A stretch of DNA of 64,000 nucleotides. Source: Candidatus Binatia bacterium (GTDB lineage Bacteria; Desulfobacterota; Binatia; UBA9968; JAJDTQ01). The position numbers and the translations under genes were made by a program. The stretch lies in contig OY762897.2 of NCBI GenBank assembly GCA_963666515.2, forward strand, positions 3,744,001-3,808,000, read 5' to 3'. The notes under the pieces are model-generated. The model saw only the letters and a program-made list of their open reading frames with translations. It did not search any database and was not told where the DNA came from. Shown piece by piece: positions 1-10,086 of the stretch; the first letter of the stretch is position 1, and each line of letters starts with the position of its first letter.

Positions 1-1293
1 CAGGATGGGATCCGGCACGAATCCGTGGTGCGTGAAGAACAGGTCCCACTGGTCGGGTTGGCCGCGCTTCTTGATCAGCGTGGCCCAGTCGACCACGATC
101 ATCTCGACGTTGATGCCGGCGTTCAGAAGCTGCCGGGTGAACACCACCGCCTGATCGTAGTGGAAAGCGTAGTTGGTGGAGACCAGGAACTTGATGGGCG
201 TGCCGTCGTATCCCGCCTCCTTGGCGAGGGCCTTGGCCTTGGCGGCGTCGCCTTCGCTGAACCGGTCCGCGCCGGACTCCGAATACCAGGCGTTGCCCTT
301 GGGCAGGAACGAGCCGTTGGCGCGCCAGAGCTTCTCGGGACCGATGGAAACGCGCAGGGCGTCTTCCTTGTTGAGCGCGGTCTGGATGGCTTGGCGCAGC
401 TTGAAGTTGCTTTGCAGCGGACCGGCCTTCGAGTTCATGAACACGAGCCCGAAGATCGGCCCGCCGTTCAACACCACGTTGGCCGCGGCATCCTTGTCCA
501 GCTCGTCGATCAGGTCGCTGGGCATGCTTTCCGCGTAGTCGTAGTCTCCGGCCTTGACGCCGTTGACGCGCGTGCCCGGGTCCGGCACCGGGATGAAGCG
601 CAGGCGCTCGAAGTGCGCCGCCCGCTTGCCCGCGTATCCGCTGGCTTCACCGGCCGGACTGGCGTAGCCGTCGAATCGCACCAGCTCGACGTGACGGTTC
701 GGCTTCCACTCGTTGAACCTGTAGGGACCGGTGCCGATGTAGTCCTTCACGTCGATGGGCTTCTTGCCGGCCTTGGACGCGACCCTGGCCGGATAGATCG
801 CCGGCCCGCCGTTGATGAAGGCCATCAGGTTCTTCCACGGGCCGAAGGGCGTCTTGAACGTCAGTCTGACGCTGTGGGCGCCCGACGCCGCCACTTCGGA
901 GACGTTGGAGAACAAGAGCTTCCCGCGCGACCCGTGCGCGCCCCAGCGTTTCAGCGACGCCACCACGTCCGCCGACGTCATGGCCTGGCCGTCGTGGAAC
1001 TTCACGTCCTTGCGCAGGTGGATGGTGATGGTCTTGCCGTCCTTGCCGACTTCTTCTCCGGAAGCGAGCAGCGGCCGGGGTTCGTAGCTCGCGTCGAACG
1101 TGTACAGGCCCTCGAACATGTGGTGCGCTATGGTGGTGGCGAGGTCGGAAGTGATCACCTGCTGGTCGAGGCTGGGCGGCTCGCCCACGGTGGCGTAACG
1201 CAGGGTGTCCGCGGCCGGCAGGGAGGCGGCGGAGCCGAGCGCCAGCAGCGCGACCGCGGCAGCGATTCGTGCGGAGACTTGAATGATCTTCAT
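1..1293 (-). CDS. ABC transporter substrate-binding protein, family 5 (peptide/nickel type); runs off the window edge
   Basis: Not in the ORF track. Manual translation from ATG at 1293 (AGGAGG upstream): MKIIQVSARIAAAVALLALGSAASLPAADTLRYATVGEPPSLD...MFEGLY...LRKDVKFHDGQAMTSADVVASL...YIGTGPY; signal peptide plus SBP_bac_5 motifs. Confidence 0.9.
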   Translation of the reverse strand, partial: MKIIQVSARIAAAVALLALGSAASLPAADTLRYATVGEPPSLDQQVITSDLATTIAHHMFEGLYTFDASYEPRPLLASGEEVGKDGKTITIHLRKDVKFHDGQAMTSADVVASLKRWGAHGSRGKLLFSNVSEVAASGAHSVRLTFKTPFGPWKNLMAFINGGPAIYPARVASKAGKKPIDVKDYIGTGPYRFNEWKPNRHVELVRFDGYASPAGEASGYAGKRAAHFERLRFIPVPDPGTRVNGVKAGDYDYAESMPSDLIDELDKDAAANVVLNGGPIFGLVFMNSKAGPLQSNFKLRQAIQTALNKEDALRVSIGPEKLWRANGSFLPKGNAWYSESGADRFSEGDAAKAKALAKEAGYDGTPIKFLVSTNYAFHYDQAVVFTRQLLNAGINVEMIVVDWATLIKKRGQPDQWDLFFTHHGFVPDPIL

Positions 1294-1494
1294 GATATTC
1301 CTCCTGGTTAAAGGATTCAGACGGCGACTCATGGGACCACAACGGCGCCCATCGTAAAAAGTATTTTCATGAATTGCAAGGAAATTGATGGACTCGCGCA
1401 AATTTTTTTCATATAGAGATTTCTACCCGGTTTCATCGACATCGCAACCGGGAAAGGCGATACTCGGTATCCGAATCCGGGTTCGAAGCACGGG
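1294..1494. promoter_or_regulatory. AT-rich divergent promoter region between the SBP gene and the RpiR regulator
   Basis: AT-rich intergenic stretch (gtaaaaagtattttcatgaattgcaaggaaatt) between divergent genes; operator not pinned down. Confidence 0.5.
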
Positions 1495-2397
1495 TTGGAC
1501 AGGCTCTTGTCAAGCAACAACAGAAGCGTCGCCGAAGACCTGCTCTCGCGCATCGTGAGGCTGCGCCCGACCATGCACCCGGCCGAGCGGCGCGTTGCAG
1601 ACTTGGTGCTTTCGGACATGGACTTCGCCGTCCACGCCCGGACCACCGACATCGCGGCGCGCGCCGGGGTGAGCGCTGCCTCCATTACCCGCTTCTGCCG
1701 TACCGTAGGCTGCGAGGGGCTGCGCGAACTGAAGCTGGACCTGGCGAAGATCCTCGCCATCGGGAACCGCTACCTTCACCCCCGGACCGTCCCGCTCGGG
1801 GCCTGCGAAGCGGTGACGGAGATCGTCTCGCAGATCCAGCGTTCCCTCGCTTCCCTCGTCGAGCAGGTCGCCGATGAGACGCTGACACAGGTGGCCACGG
1901 TCATCGCCGGAGCGCAGCGGGTGATGATCTTCGGGGGCGGCGGCGGCTCCTCGATGGCCGCCATGGAAGCCGAGAACCGCCTGTTCCGCCTGGGGCTGCA
2001 TGCCTCCTCGTGCAACGATTCGCAGCTCCAGTTGATGATGGCGGCAACCTTGAAGACCGGCGACGTGCTGCTGGCGCTGTCCATCACCGGGAAATACGAA
2101 CCGATCATCCGGGCCGCCGAGGTGGGCGGCCAGTACGGCGCCCACACCATCGCCATCACCTCGCCCGATTCACCGCTGTCCCGGGTGACGTCCCACACGC
2201 TGCCGTTCCTCGCCGAGGAACCGGAGAATATCCTGTCCCCGACGCCCGCCCGCTACGTCCTGCTGGCGCTGATCGACATCCTCGCCTACGAGGTGGCGAA
2301 ATTGCGCGGCGAGACCGCGGTGGAGTCCATGCGCCGCATCAAGTACCAGTTGGTCCACACGCGCGACGAAGACGACTCGAAGCCGCTGGGGGACTGA
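1495..2397 (+). CDS. MurR/RpiR family transcriptional regulator (HTH + SIS)
   Basis: AERRVADLVL...AGVSAASITRFCRTVGCEGLRELKL HTH; SIS domain with LSITG and IAITSPDSPL; start uncertain. Confidence 0.92.
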   Translation: MDRLLSSNNRSVAEDLLSRIVRLRPTMHPAERRVADLVLSDMDFAVHARTTDIAARAGVSAASITRFCRTVGCEGLRELKLDLAKILAIGNRYLHPRTVPLGACEAVTEIVSQIQRSLASLVEQVADETLTQVATVIAGAQRVMIFGGGGGSSMAAMEAENRLFRLGLHASSCNDSQLQLMMAATLKTGDVLLALSITGKYEPIIRAAEVGGQYGAHTIAITSPDSPLSRVTSHTLPFLAEEPENILSPTPARYVLLALIDILAYEVAKLRGETAVESMRRIKYQLVHTRDEDDSKPLGD

Positions 2398-2421
2398 CCG
2401 GGTCGCTGGGGGATTGACCGG

Positions 2422-3321
2422 GTGTTCGAGCTGTTTGCCATCGGCGAGGTCATGGCAGAGATCCGGCGGGAACCGCAGCTCGGATTCCGGGTCGGTTTCG
2501 CCGGCGATACATTCAACACGGCCGTCTACTGCGCCAGACAACTGGCCGCTCCCGGCCGCGTCGGCTACTGCACCCGGATCGGCCTCGATCCGCTGTCCGA
2601 CGCGTTCCTCGCCATGGCCGCGGAAGAGGACCTCGACCTGTCGCACGTCGCCCGCGACCGGGGACGCTTCATCGGCATCTACACCGTGTCCACGGATACC
2701 GCCGGTGAGCGCAGCTTCCACTACTGGCGCAGCAACTCCGCGGCGCGCCGGCTGTTTTCTTCCGGCGACCCCATGGGCGTGCTGCCGGAGGCGCGGATCG
2801 TCTTCGTGTCGGGCATTACGCTCGCGATCCTGGAGCCCCTGGCCCGCCGGCGCCTCATCGACCAGTTGCGCGCCTTGCGCGAGCGCCGCGGCGGCCTCGT
2901 CGCCTTCGACTCGAACTACCGGCCGCAGCTATGGAAGGATGCGGAGACCGCGCGCCGGATCATCGGCGAGATGTGGGAGGTCGCCGACATCGCCTTGCCC
3001 TCGATGGACGACGAGATGGCGCTGTTCGGCGATGCCGGCGAGGAGGCGGTGGTCGCGCGCTTCGGCGCTCGGAGTTGGACCGCGTGCGCCATCAAGCGAG
3101 GCGCCCGCGGGCCGGTTTCGCCGCACCTCGCCCGTGACGCGCATCCCCGCTTTCGCCCGGCCTCCAGGGTGGTCGATACCACCGCGGCCGGAGACAGTTT
3201 CAACGGCGGCTACCTTGCCGCATTCATTCGCGGTCAGGATGAACCGCAATGCCTGTTGACGGGGCACGAGATTGCATCGCGGGTGGTCGGCGCCGCGGGC
3301 GCAATCCTGTCACGGTCCTGA
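2422..3321 (+). CDS. kdgK: 2-dehydro-3-deoxygluconokinase (PfkB family)
   Basis: AGDTFNTAVY, FDSNYRPQLW, VVDTTAAGDSFNGGYL; adjacent to eda. Confidence 0.88.
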   Translation: MFELFAIGEVMAEIRREPQLGFRVGFAGDTFNTAVYCARQLAAPGRVGYCTRIGLDPLSDAFLAMAAEEDLDLSHVARDRGRFIGIYTVSTDTAGERSFHYWRSNSAARRLFSSGDPMGVLPEARIVFVSGITLAILEPLARRRLIDQLRALRERRGGLVAFDSNYRPQLWKDAETARRIIGEMWEVADIALPSMDDEMALFGDAGEEAVVARFGARSWTACAIKRGARGPVSPHLARDAHPRFRPASRVVDTTAAGDSFNGGYLAAFIRGQDEPQCLLTGHEIASRVVGAAGAILSRS

Positions 3322-3348
3322 AGCACGCCATTTAACGGAGCGAGACAC

Positions 3349-4026
3349 ATGTCCAGTGGCACATCGGAAGCCGTCGCCCGAATCGGGGCTTCAAGGGTCC
3401 TGCCCATCGCGACCCTGGACACACCCGACCAGGCCGCTCCCCTTGCAAGGGCGCTTCTGGCGGGCGGCCTGACGGTGGTCGAAATCACCTTCCGATCGGA
3501 AGCAACCGCGGATTCGGTCCGAATCATACGCGAACGGTACCCGGACATGCTGGTGGGCGCCGGGACGGTCCTCGGCGTCGAGCAGGTCGGGATCGCACAT
3601 CGGGCAGGCAGCCAGTTCATCTTGACTCCCGGTTTCAATCCGGCCGTGGTCGGGGCAGCCCTCGATGCGGGCTTGCCGATCTTTCCCGGCATCAACAATC
3701 CGACCGGCGTGGAACAGGCGATGGGCTTCGGGCTCGATACGGTCAAGTTCTTTCCGGCCGAGGCCGGCGGCGGCGTCCCGTTCATCAAGGCCTTGTCCGG
3801 TCCCTACGCGGACATGCGGTTCATACCCACCGGCGGCATCGGCCCGGCCAACTTGGCGGCTTACCTGGCCCTTCCCAGCGTTCTTGCCTGCGGAGGCTCC
3901 TGGATCGCGGACCCCGCGCTCACGCGGGCAGGCCGCTTCGATGAAGTTGCCCGGCTGGCTGCCGAAGCGGTCGCCCTGGCCGCGCCGGCGGCCTCGACCA
4001 CCGGGCAAACTTCGACGGCCACGTAG
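3349..4026 (+). CDS. eda: KDPG/KHG aldolase
   Basis: VEITFRS, VGAGTVL, VKFFPAEAGGG, FIPTGGI, ACGGSW. Confidence 0.93.
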   Translation: MSSGTSEAVARIGASRVLPIATLDTPDQAAPLARALLAGGLTVVEITFRSEATADSVRIIRERYPDMLVGAGTVLGVEQVGIAHRAGSQFILTPGFNPAVVGAALDAGLPIFPGINNPTGVEQAMGFGLDTVKFFPAEAGGGVPFIKALSGPYADMRFIPTGGIGPANLAAYLALPSVLACGGSWIADPALTRAGRFDEVARLAAEAVALAAPAASTTGQTSTAT

Positions 4027-4104
4027 GCGAGGTTCTCCAACGACGCGGATTTCTGTTAGGAAACAGTCTACCCGACACTCAAGCAGCACAAAGGAGGCAT
4101 TACC

Positions 4105-4689
4105 ATGGCAAACAGGCTCTTCAACTCGAAAAATTCGATGTTCTGCGAGAAGCTCCGCGTGGTCCTGACCATGAAGAAGGTCCCGTACGACGTGGTGGAC
4201 GTCCGCGCCGACAACCGCGAGTCGCTGATCGCGTTCTCCAACCAGCGCAAGGTCCCCACCATGGACATCGACGGCCGGTGCGTCCAGGACTCCACCATCC
4301 TGGCCAAGTACTGGGAGGAGCAGGTTCCCGAGCCCACCATCTACCCGGACAACCCTTCGGACAAGGGGCTGTGCCTGATGCTGGAGGACTGGGCCGACGA
4401 GGACCTCAACGGCGCCGTCATGGCTTTCCGCCGGGCCCAGAACGACGATGACGTGAAGAAGGCCGAGGAGGCACTGGCGGTCCACCTGGAGAACCTGGAC
4501 CTGCTCTATTCCGGCAAGGACTTCATCTTCGGCCGCATGACCCTGGCCGACATCTCCATCTACGCGCAACTCCACTACCTATACACCGCCCTGGACCGCG
4601 AGATCGAGGCCAGGTACACCCACGTGCACGCCTTCCTGGAGCGCATGATGAAGGCCACGGGCGTGTCGTCGATCAAGGAGGTGGCGTAG
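4105..4689 (+). CDS. Glutathione S-transferase family protein
   Basis: SMFCEKLR, KVPTM, DSTILAKY, MTLADI; GGAGG RBS. Confidence 0.85.
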   Translation: MANRLFNSKNSMFCEKLRVVLTMKKVPYDVVDVRADNRESLIAFSNQRKVPTMDIDGRCVQDSTILAKYWEEQVPEPTIYPDNPSDKGLCLMLEDWADEDLNGAVMAFRRAQNDDDVKKAEEALAVHLENLDLLYSGKDFIFGRMTLADISIYAQLHYLYTALDREIEARYTHVHAFLERMMKATGVSSIKEVA

Positions 4690-4692
4690 GCG

Positions 4693-5112
4693 TCAGATCG
4701 CGCCCCAGCGAATCCACCGCACCGCCCGGATGCAGATCACGGGCCGCTCGTCCAGGGCCATGGCGCGGTACTGCGGGTACTTCCGGCGAAGCAGCCGGAC
4801 GGCCTTCCGGTGGGCCTCGCCGCGGGTCAGGATGCTGGCCTTGCCCTGGATGATGACGTGGGCAAGTCGGGACCAGTCCTGGTCGTCGTAGCGGTGGATC
4901 GCCACGGACACGCGGGGGTTGGCGCGGATGTTGCGAATCCGCTTCAACTCCCGGGTCGTCGCGGCCTTGGGCTTCTCGTCGATGGGGGAGTACAGGCACT
5001 CGCCGTCGAAGGCGAAGCAGAAGGGCAGGTTGAGGGGCTGGCCCTGCTCGTCAACGGTCGCCAGATGCCCCACCCGGGCTTGCCGGATGAACGCGGCTTC
5101 CTTGCGGGTCAT
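4693..5112 (-). CDS. PPOX-class F420-dependent oxidoreductase (TIGR03668-like)
   Basis: C-terminal part of ORF 4693..6168; ATG at 5112 gives MTRKEAAFIRQARVGHLATV...SPIDEKPK...RNIRANPRVS...LRRKYPQY. Confidence 0.85.
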   Translation of the reverse strand: MTRKEAAFIRQARVGHLATVDEQGQPLNLPFCFAFDGECLYSPIDEKPKAATTRELKRIRNIRANPRVSVAIHRYDDQDWSRLAHVIIQGKASILTRGEAHRKAVRLLRRKYPQYRAMALDERPVICIRAVRWIRWGAI

Positions 5113-5134
5113 GGTCTCAGCCGCCCCACCCCTC

Positions 5135-5162
5135 CTGGATTCCGGCTTTCGCCGGAATGACG
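5135..5162 (-). repeat. CGTC-type REP palindrome, single copy
   Basis: ctggattccggctttcgccggaatgacg; same unit recurs near 30.0, 40.8, 50.9 and 60.1 kb. Confidence 0.9.
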
Positions 5163-5198
5163 TATCCGGCGTTTTCACAAGATTTACGGTTCCCGCGA

Positions 5199-6194
5199 CT
5201 ACAGCTTGTAGTCCCCCAGCAGCGTCGGCGCGAACAGCTCTTCCACTGTGGGCACCTTGTCGCCCAACAAGCCCTGCTCGCCCATGTAGCGGGTGAGCGC
5301 CTCGATGACGTGGCGGTTGGGCTCGATGCCGTAGGGCCACCAATCGTTGCCGAAGACGTCCCGGAGCAACGCGATCTCGGCCTGGAGCCATGGGAGCGTG
5401 CTGGCCATGGTGTTGTCGATGTCCATGCGGGCGAAAGCGTCGTCCTTGGATCGGCAGAAGGCCTTGTAGAGGCTCCGGGCCACCCAGGGGTTGGCCTCGA
5501 ACACGTCGTTGCGGATGCAGACGGTGTGCATGATCGGGAAGATGCCGGTGCGCCGGTAGTAGTCGATCTCCACGGACTTGAAATCGGGGAACAGGCGGCG
5601 GACGTGGGGCGCCCCGGCGGCGTGGCACGAGGGGATGCGGGCGGTGACCAGCGCGTCGATCTCGCCCTTGTCCAGCATGGCGTTCAGGGTGCGGTCCTGG
5701 GGGATGGGCTGCACCTTGATCTCCGGCGGCAGCCTCAACTCGATGCGCTCCTTCCGCCCCGGCACTTCCTGGCCGCCGGTGAACCACTCGACGTCGCTGG
5801 CCTTGACGCCGTAGTCGTCGCTCATGAAGCCGCGGATCCACACCGCCGCGGTGATGGAGTATTCCGGCACGCCGACGCGCCTGCCGCGCAGGTCCTCGGG
5901 CTTGTCGAGCCCCCGGTCGGTGTTGATGAACACGCAGGAGTGGCGGAAATAGCGGGAGGGGAACACCGGGATGGCCGTGAACGGGCTCTCGCCCCGGGAG
6001 GTCATGGTGATGTAGTTGGCCAACGACATCTCCGAGGCGTGGAATTCCTGGTGGTGTCCCATGCGCCAGAATATCTCCTCGGCCTGCATCGGCAGGTAGT
6101 TGAGGGAAATGCCGTCGGGGCTCAGCGAGCCGTCCTGCAGCGTCTTGGTGCGGTCGTAGTCGCCGCACGCCAAGGTCAGGTGCAATTTCGACAT
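5199..6194 (-). CDS. 4,5-dihydroxyphthalate decarboxylase-like protein (PBP2 fold)
   Basis: LTLACGDYDRT, PVFPSRYFRHS, GRRVGVPEY, TGIFPIMH, WPYGIEPNR. Confidence 0.8.
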   Translation of the reverse strand: MSKLHLTLACGDYDRTKTLQDGSLSPDGISLNYLPMQAEEIFWRMGHHQEFHASEMSLANYITMTSRGESPFTAIPVFPSRYFRHSCVFINTDRGLDKPEDLRGRRVGVPEYSITAAVWIRGFMSDDYGVKASDVEWFTGGQEVPGRKERIELRLPPEIKVQPIPQDRTLNAMLDKGEIDALVTARIPSCHAAGAPHVRRLFPDFKSVEIDYYRRTGIFPIMHTVCIRNDVFEANPWVARSLYKAFCRSKDDAFARMDIDNTMASTLPWLQAEIALLRDVFGNDWWPYGIEPNRHVIEALTRYMGEQGLLGDKVPTVEELFAPTLLGDYKL

Positions 6195-6206
6195 AACAGT
6201 GTTCCT

Positions 6207-7511
6207 CTAAACCTCTACCTTGTGGATCACCAGCCCCGTGACCAGCTTGGGAAAGAAGTACGTGGACTTCTGGGGCATCTTCTCCCCCTTGAGGGAGACC
6301 GCGATCATCTCGGCGGCGCTGGGCGGATTCAGGATGAGGGCGGCTTGGCAGCGGCCGGTCTCCGCCTCGGCGAGTGCCTCCTCGGCGTCGTGGGTGTACG
6401 CTACGGCGTCGGTGTTGACGGCGTCACGGGTGGACACGCCCAGGATGTGCTCCATCAGCAGGACGTGCAGCGTGGTCACGTCCAGCCCGCGCAACTCGGG
6501 GCTCATGTCCGGCGCTAGTCGCTCCATCGCTTTCGCGTCCCGCGGCCGCAGCGCCAGATAACGTGCGTCGTCCCTGAAAGCGACACCGAGCACGCGCTCG
6601 CCGTCCTTCGGGTGTTCGAGGGCCTCCAGGAAACGCCGCCGGCCGTCGGCATCTCTGGAAAATGCCTCCACGTGGAAGGACTGCCGGAGCTTCTCTTCCA
6701 CCTCCGCGGACGGCACGGGCGGCATCTCGCGTACCAGCCGGTGGGTGGGCAGGATCACCACGCCTTCCTCGTTCAGGTTGGCGAAGTACATCATCACCCG
6801 GTTGAACCCCTCGTCCCCGGTGGTGCCGGGCCGTTCTGCCAGGCGCCGGCGCCGGTAGTTGCAGGCAGCCTCGTAGCGGTGGTGTCCGTCCGCGATAAAG
6901 ACGGCGCGTTCGCGCAGGGCCTCCCGCACCATGCCGATGAGCCCCGGGTCGGTGACCGCCCACAGCCGGGAGGTGCCAAACTCGCCCAACTCGGCCTCGA
7001 CCTTGGGCTTCACGGAGCGCACATGCTCGCGCAGAGCGTCGGTGAGAGTAGGCTTCTCGTCGGTATAGAGCGCCAGGATGGAACTGAACTGGGCGTCGCA
7101 GGCCAGCATCAGCTTCAGCCGATCCTCCCTGGGCTCGGCCATGGTGGCCTCGTGCCCGTGGATGGCGCCGTCACCGAAGTCTTCGATGGCGGCCAGCGCG
7201 ATGAAGCCGCGTCGCTCCCGCGTGATCCCGTCCCGCAGTCGGTATTCCTGGCTCAGGTAGTAGATGGCCGGGGCATCCTCCACGACCAGCGTGTCCTCGT
7301 CCTGCCACTCCCGGAAGCGTTGCGGCACGGTGGCGTAGGGGTCGGCGTCACGGCTGAAGTCGATGCGTACAACGTTGCGCGGCGAGCGCGCGTAGAGCTC
7401 GGCTTGGTGCTCGGGAGAGATGACGTCGTAGGGCGGCGCCATCACGCTGGAGAAATCACCGACCTTGCCGGGGTCGTAGGTCAGGCCGCGGAAGGGGTAA
7501 ATCTTGGCCAT
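6207..7511 (-). CDS. DUF1015 family protein
   Basis: PFRGLTY, APPYDVIS, HEAT, IADGHHRYE, LPTHRL, MPQKSTYFFPKL. Confidence 0.9.
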   Translation of the reverse strand: MAKIYPFRGLTYDPGKVGDFSSVMAPPYDVISPEHQAELYARSPRNVVRIDFSRDADPYATVPQRFREWQDEDTLVVEDAPAIYYLSQEYRLRDGITRERRGFIALAAIEDFGDGAIHGHEATMAEPREDRLKLMLACDAQFSSILALYTDEKPTLTDALREHVRSVKPKVEAELGEFGTSRLWAVTDPGLIGMVREALRERAVFIADGHHRYEAACNYRRRRLAERPGTTGDEGFNRVMMYFANLNEEGVVILPTHRLVREMPPVPSAEVEEKLRQSFHVEAFSRDADGRRRFLEALEHPKDGERVLGVAFRDDARYLALRPRDAKAMERLAPDMSPELRGLDVTTLHVLLMEHILGVSTRDAVNTDAVAYTHDAEEALAEAETGRCQAALILNPPSAAEMIAVSLKGEKMPQKSTYFFPKLVTGLVIHKVEV

Positions 7512-7524
7512 TGCGCGTTCTCGT

Positions 7525-8037
7525 CTATGCCTTCAGGCTTTCCTGAAGCTTGGCGTCCCTGGCCTCCACGCCAGCCGCCAGATCCTCCTTGAAGCGGGCC
7601 AGCTTGGCCGCCAGTTCCGGGTCCTTGCGGGCGATGATCTGGGCCGCGAAGATGCCGGCGTTTGCGGCGCCGCCCTTGCCGATGGCCATGGTGGCCACCG
7701 GGACGCCGGCCGGCATCTGCACGGTCGCCAGCAGCGCGTCCATGCCGTCCAGCGCCGACGCGCTCAGCGGCACGCCGATGACCGGCAGCGTGGTGACCGC
7801 CGCGACCACCCCCGCCAGATGCGCCGCCGCGCCGGCGCCCACGATGAACGCCTCGATGCCTCGGTCCGCCGCGCCCTTGGCGTAGGCGTGGGTCCGCTGC
7901 GGCGAGCGATGCGCCGAGGATATGTGCATTTCGTAGGAGATGCCGAAGGATTCCAGCCGCGTCGCGGCCTCCTTCATGACCTCGACGTCGGAATCGCTGC
8001 CCATCAGTATCGCGACCTTCGGATTCTGATCCGTCAC
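7525..8037 (-). CDS. purE: N5-CAIR mutase
   Basis: [35 protein letters not shown]. Confidence 0.97.
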   Translation of the reverse strand: MTDQNPKVAILMGSDSDVEVMKEAATRLESFGISYEMHISSAHRSPQRTHAYAKGAADRGIEAFIVGAGAAAHLAGVVAAVTTLPVIGVPLSASALDGMDALLATVQMPAGVPVATMAIGKGGAANAGIFAAQIIARKDPELAAKLARFKEDLAAGVEARDAKLQESLKA

Positions 8038-8178
8038 TGTGCTTCTCCTTCTTCGGTTTTACCGTTACCCAGGTTCCACCTGTTACCCGCGGGCTTTCGC
8101 TTCGCCAATTCGACCTGCGCAGGCTGGAGGCGCCTTCACTTCCACCTCTTCCACGGGCAGAAACCAACGTCGCCGCCG

Positions 8179-9450
8179 TCAGCGGCGCTCCATCGCACGC
8201 CGGGCGATATCCTGGCGGTAGTGCATCCCCTTCCAGGCGATCCTGCCTACGCCTTCATAAGCCTCCCTCGTGGCCGACGCGATGGTGTCCCCCAACGCGG
8301 TCACACCCAGCACGCGGCCGCCGGCGGTGTGCCAGCGGTTTTCCCGGCGGGTGGTGCCGGCGTGGAACGCGTATCCCCGTTCCCAGGAGTCGAGCGCATC
8401 CAGCCCCTCTATCTCCATACCTGTTCGATATTCGCCCGGATAGCCCCCGGACGCCAGCACGATGCACACTGCCGCCTGATTGGACCACTCGGCAGCCGCT
8501 TCCCGCAACCGGCCCTCGGCGGTGGCCATGAGCAGCGGCGCGAGGTCGGAGTTGAGGCGCATCATGATGGGTTGGCACTCCGGATCGCCGAAGCGGCAGT
8601 TGAACTCCAGCACCTTGGGGCCGTTCTCGGTGATCATGAGGCCCGCGTAGAGCACCCCGCGATACACCAAGCCGCGACGCTTGAGCCCGGCTGCCAGCGG
8701 CTTGAGCACCCGCTCTACCACGGCGTCGTGCACGGCCGTGTCCACCACCGGCGCCGGTGAGTACGCCCCCATGCCTCCGGTGTTAGGCCCCTCGTCGCCG
8801 TCGAAGACGCGCTTGTGGTCTTGGGACGATGCCAGCGGCAGAAAGTCGTCGCCGTCCATCAGGGCCATGAACGAAGCCTCCTCGCCCACTAGCAGTTCCT
8901 CGATGACCACCCGCTCGCCGGCGGCGCCGAAGACCTTGCGCCCCATGATGGCGTCGAGGGCCTCTTCGGCCTCGGCTCTGCCGGAGCAAAGGATCACACC
9001 CTTGCCCGCGGCCAAGCCGTCAGCCTTGACCACGCAGGGCAGGTCGCGTGCCACGTACTTCCTGGCTTGTTCGATAGCGGAAAACACCTCGCACGCCGCC
9101 GTGGGGATGCCGTTCTCCAGCATGAGCTTCTTGGCGAAGGCCTTGCTGCCCTCGAGCCGCGCCGCCTCCCGGCTGGGCCCGAACACCTTGAGGGCACGAC
9201 TCGCGAACTGATCGGCGATGCCCGCGACCAGCGACTGCTCCGGTCCCACCACCGTGAGGTCGATGCCTTCCCGCGCGGCGAAGTCCGCCAGCTTCTCGAC
9301 CTCGCCCGCACCGATATCCACCCGCTCCGCCTGCCGGCCCATGCCGTCGTTGCCGGGCGCGCAGTAGAGCTTCTCTACTTGCGCGCTCTGTCGCAGCTTC
9401 CAGACCAGCGCATGTTCCCGTCCGCCGCTGCCGATGACGAGGATTCTCAT
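8179..9450 (-). CDS. purD: Phosphoribosylamine--glycine ligase
   Basis: ATG at 9450: MRILVIGSGGREHAL; KADGLAAGKGV, GPNTGGMGAY, EFNCRFGDPE. Confidence 0.97.
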   Translation of the reverse strand: MRILVIGSGGREHALVWKLRQSAQVEKLYCAPGNDGMGRQAERVDIGAGEVEKLADFAAREGIDLTVVGPEQSLVAGIADQFASRALKVFGPSREAARLEGSKAFAKKLMLENGIPTAACEVFSAIEQARKYVARDLPCVVKADGLAAGKGVILCSGRAEAEEALDAIMGRKVFGAAGERVVIEELLVGEEASFMALMDGDDFLPLASSQDHKRVFDGDEGPNTGGMGAYSPAPVVDTAVHDAVVERVLKPLAAGLKRRGLVYRGVLYAGLMITENGPKVLEFNCRFGDPECQPIMMRLNSDLAPLLMATAEGRLREAAAEWSNQAAVCIVLASGGYPGEYRTGMEIEGLDALDSWERGYAFHAGTTRRENRWHTAGGRVLGVTALGDTIASATREAYEGVGRIAWKGMHYRQDIARRAMERR

Positions 9451-9537
9451 TGGTCCTGTGTTGTTCTCACTGGCCGATCCACTATGTCCATGCTGGCTCT
9501 CGCCCCCCACCACTGTGGCAGCAGACCCGCTCCGCCT

Positions 9538-10086
9538 TTACGACTGTTTCACCCCTGACGGTCCATCTTTGCCAGACCTTAGGACCACCAACTTAACGCC
9601 CTTCTCTAGGCAAACCCGTTCAACTGCTCGAACCTCCTCCAAGGCCGTCTCATTCGTGGACAACCCGTTAGTCCTTTGTATCAATGCGAGCACAGCCATT
9701 CGATCGGAAGCGTGCCGATAATCGACCGCACGATTCAGCGCCTCCTCCCATTGTTCCACGAAATCAATCTCAATTGAGTAAGCGTCAGTTAGAACGTCCA
9801 CCGTTCCACCGTCGACAAGGGCATTCATTCGTCCGCCAAGTACCTTGGCAAGAGCGTCTCGCCAGTGCCGTTCCTCAGCGTCCTTGTCTACGGGGAGTCG
9901 GATGATCTGAACCAATGCTCCCGGACTCTGCTCAAAAGGGGAGGACCTGAGCGCCACTTCTGATAGCGACGTATTGGTCTGCAGTCCGCGCAACAAGAAC
10001 CCTAGCACGACAGACGACACAACTATCGCGAGACCAACTTTCACCGCAAAGGACAGCGGTCGCCGATGTTTGACCTCGACTGTCAT
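9538..10086 (-). CDS. Hypothetical membrane-anchored protein with a degenerate PD-(D/E)XK-like domain
   Basis: N-terminal TM helix; GGTVDVLTDAYSIEIDF...W..AL..A..Y resembles the nuclease-fold pattern G.IDvLT...iIEvK...W..A.GQ..Y; lower GC; ATGA overlap with upstream ORF. Confidence 0.65.
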   Translation of the reverse strand: MTVEVKHRRPLSFAVKVGLAIVVSSVVLGFLLRGLQTNTSLSEVALRSSPFEQSPGALVQIIRLPVDKDAEERHWRDALAKVLGGRMNALVDGGTVDVLTDAYSIEIDFVEQWEEALNRAVDYRHASDRMAVLALIQRTNGLSTNETALEEVRAVERVCLEKGVKLVVLRSGKDGPSGVKQS

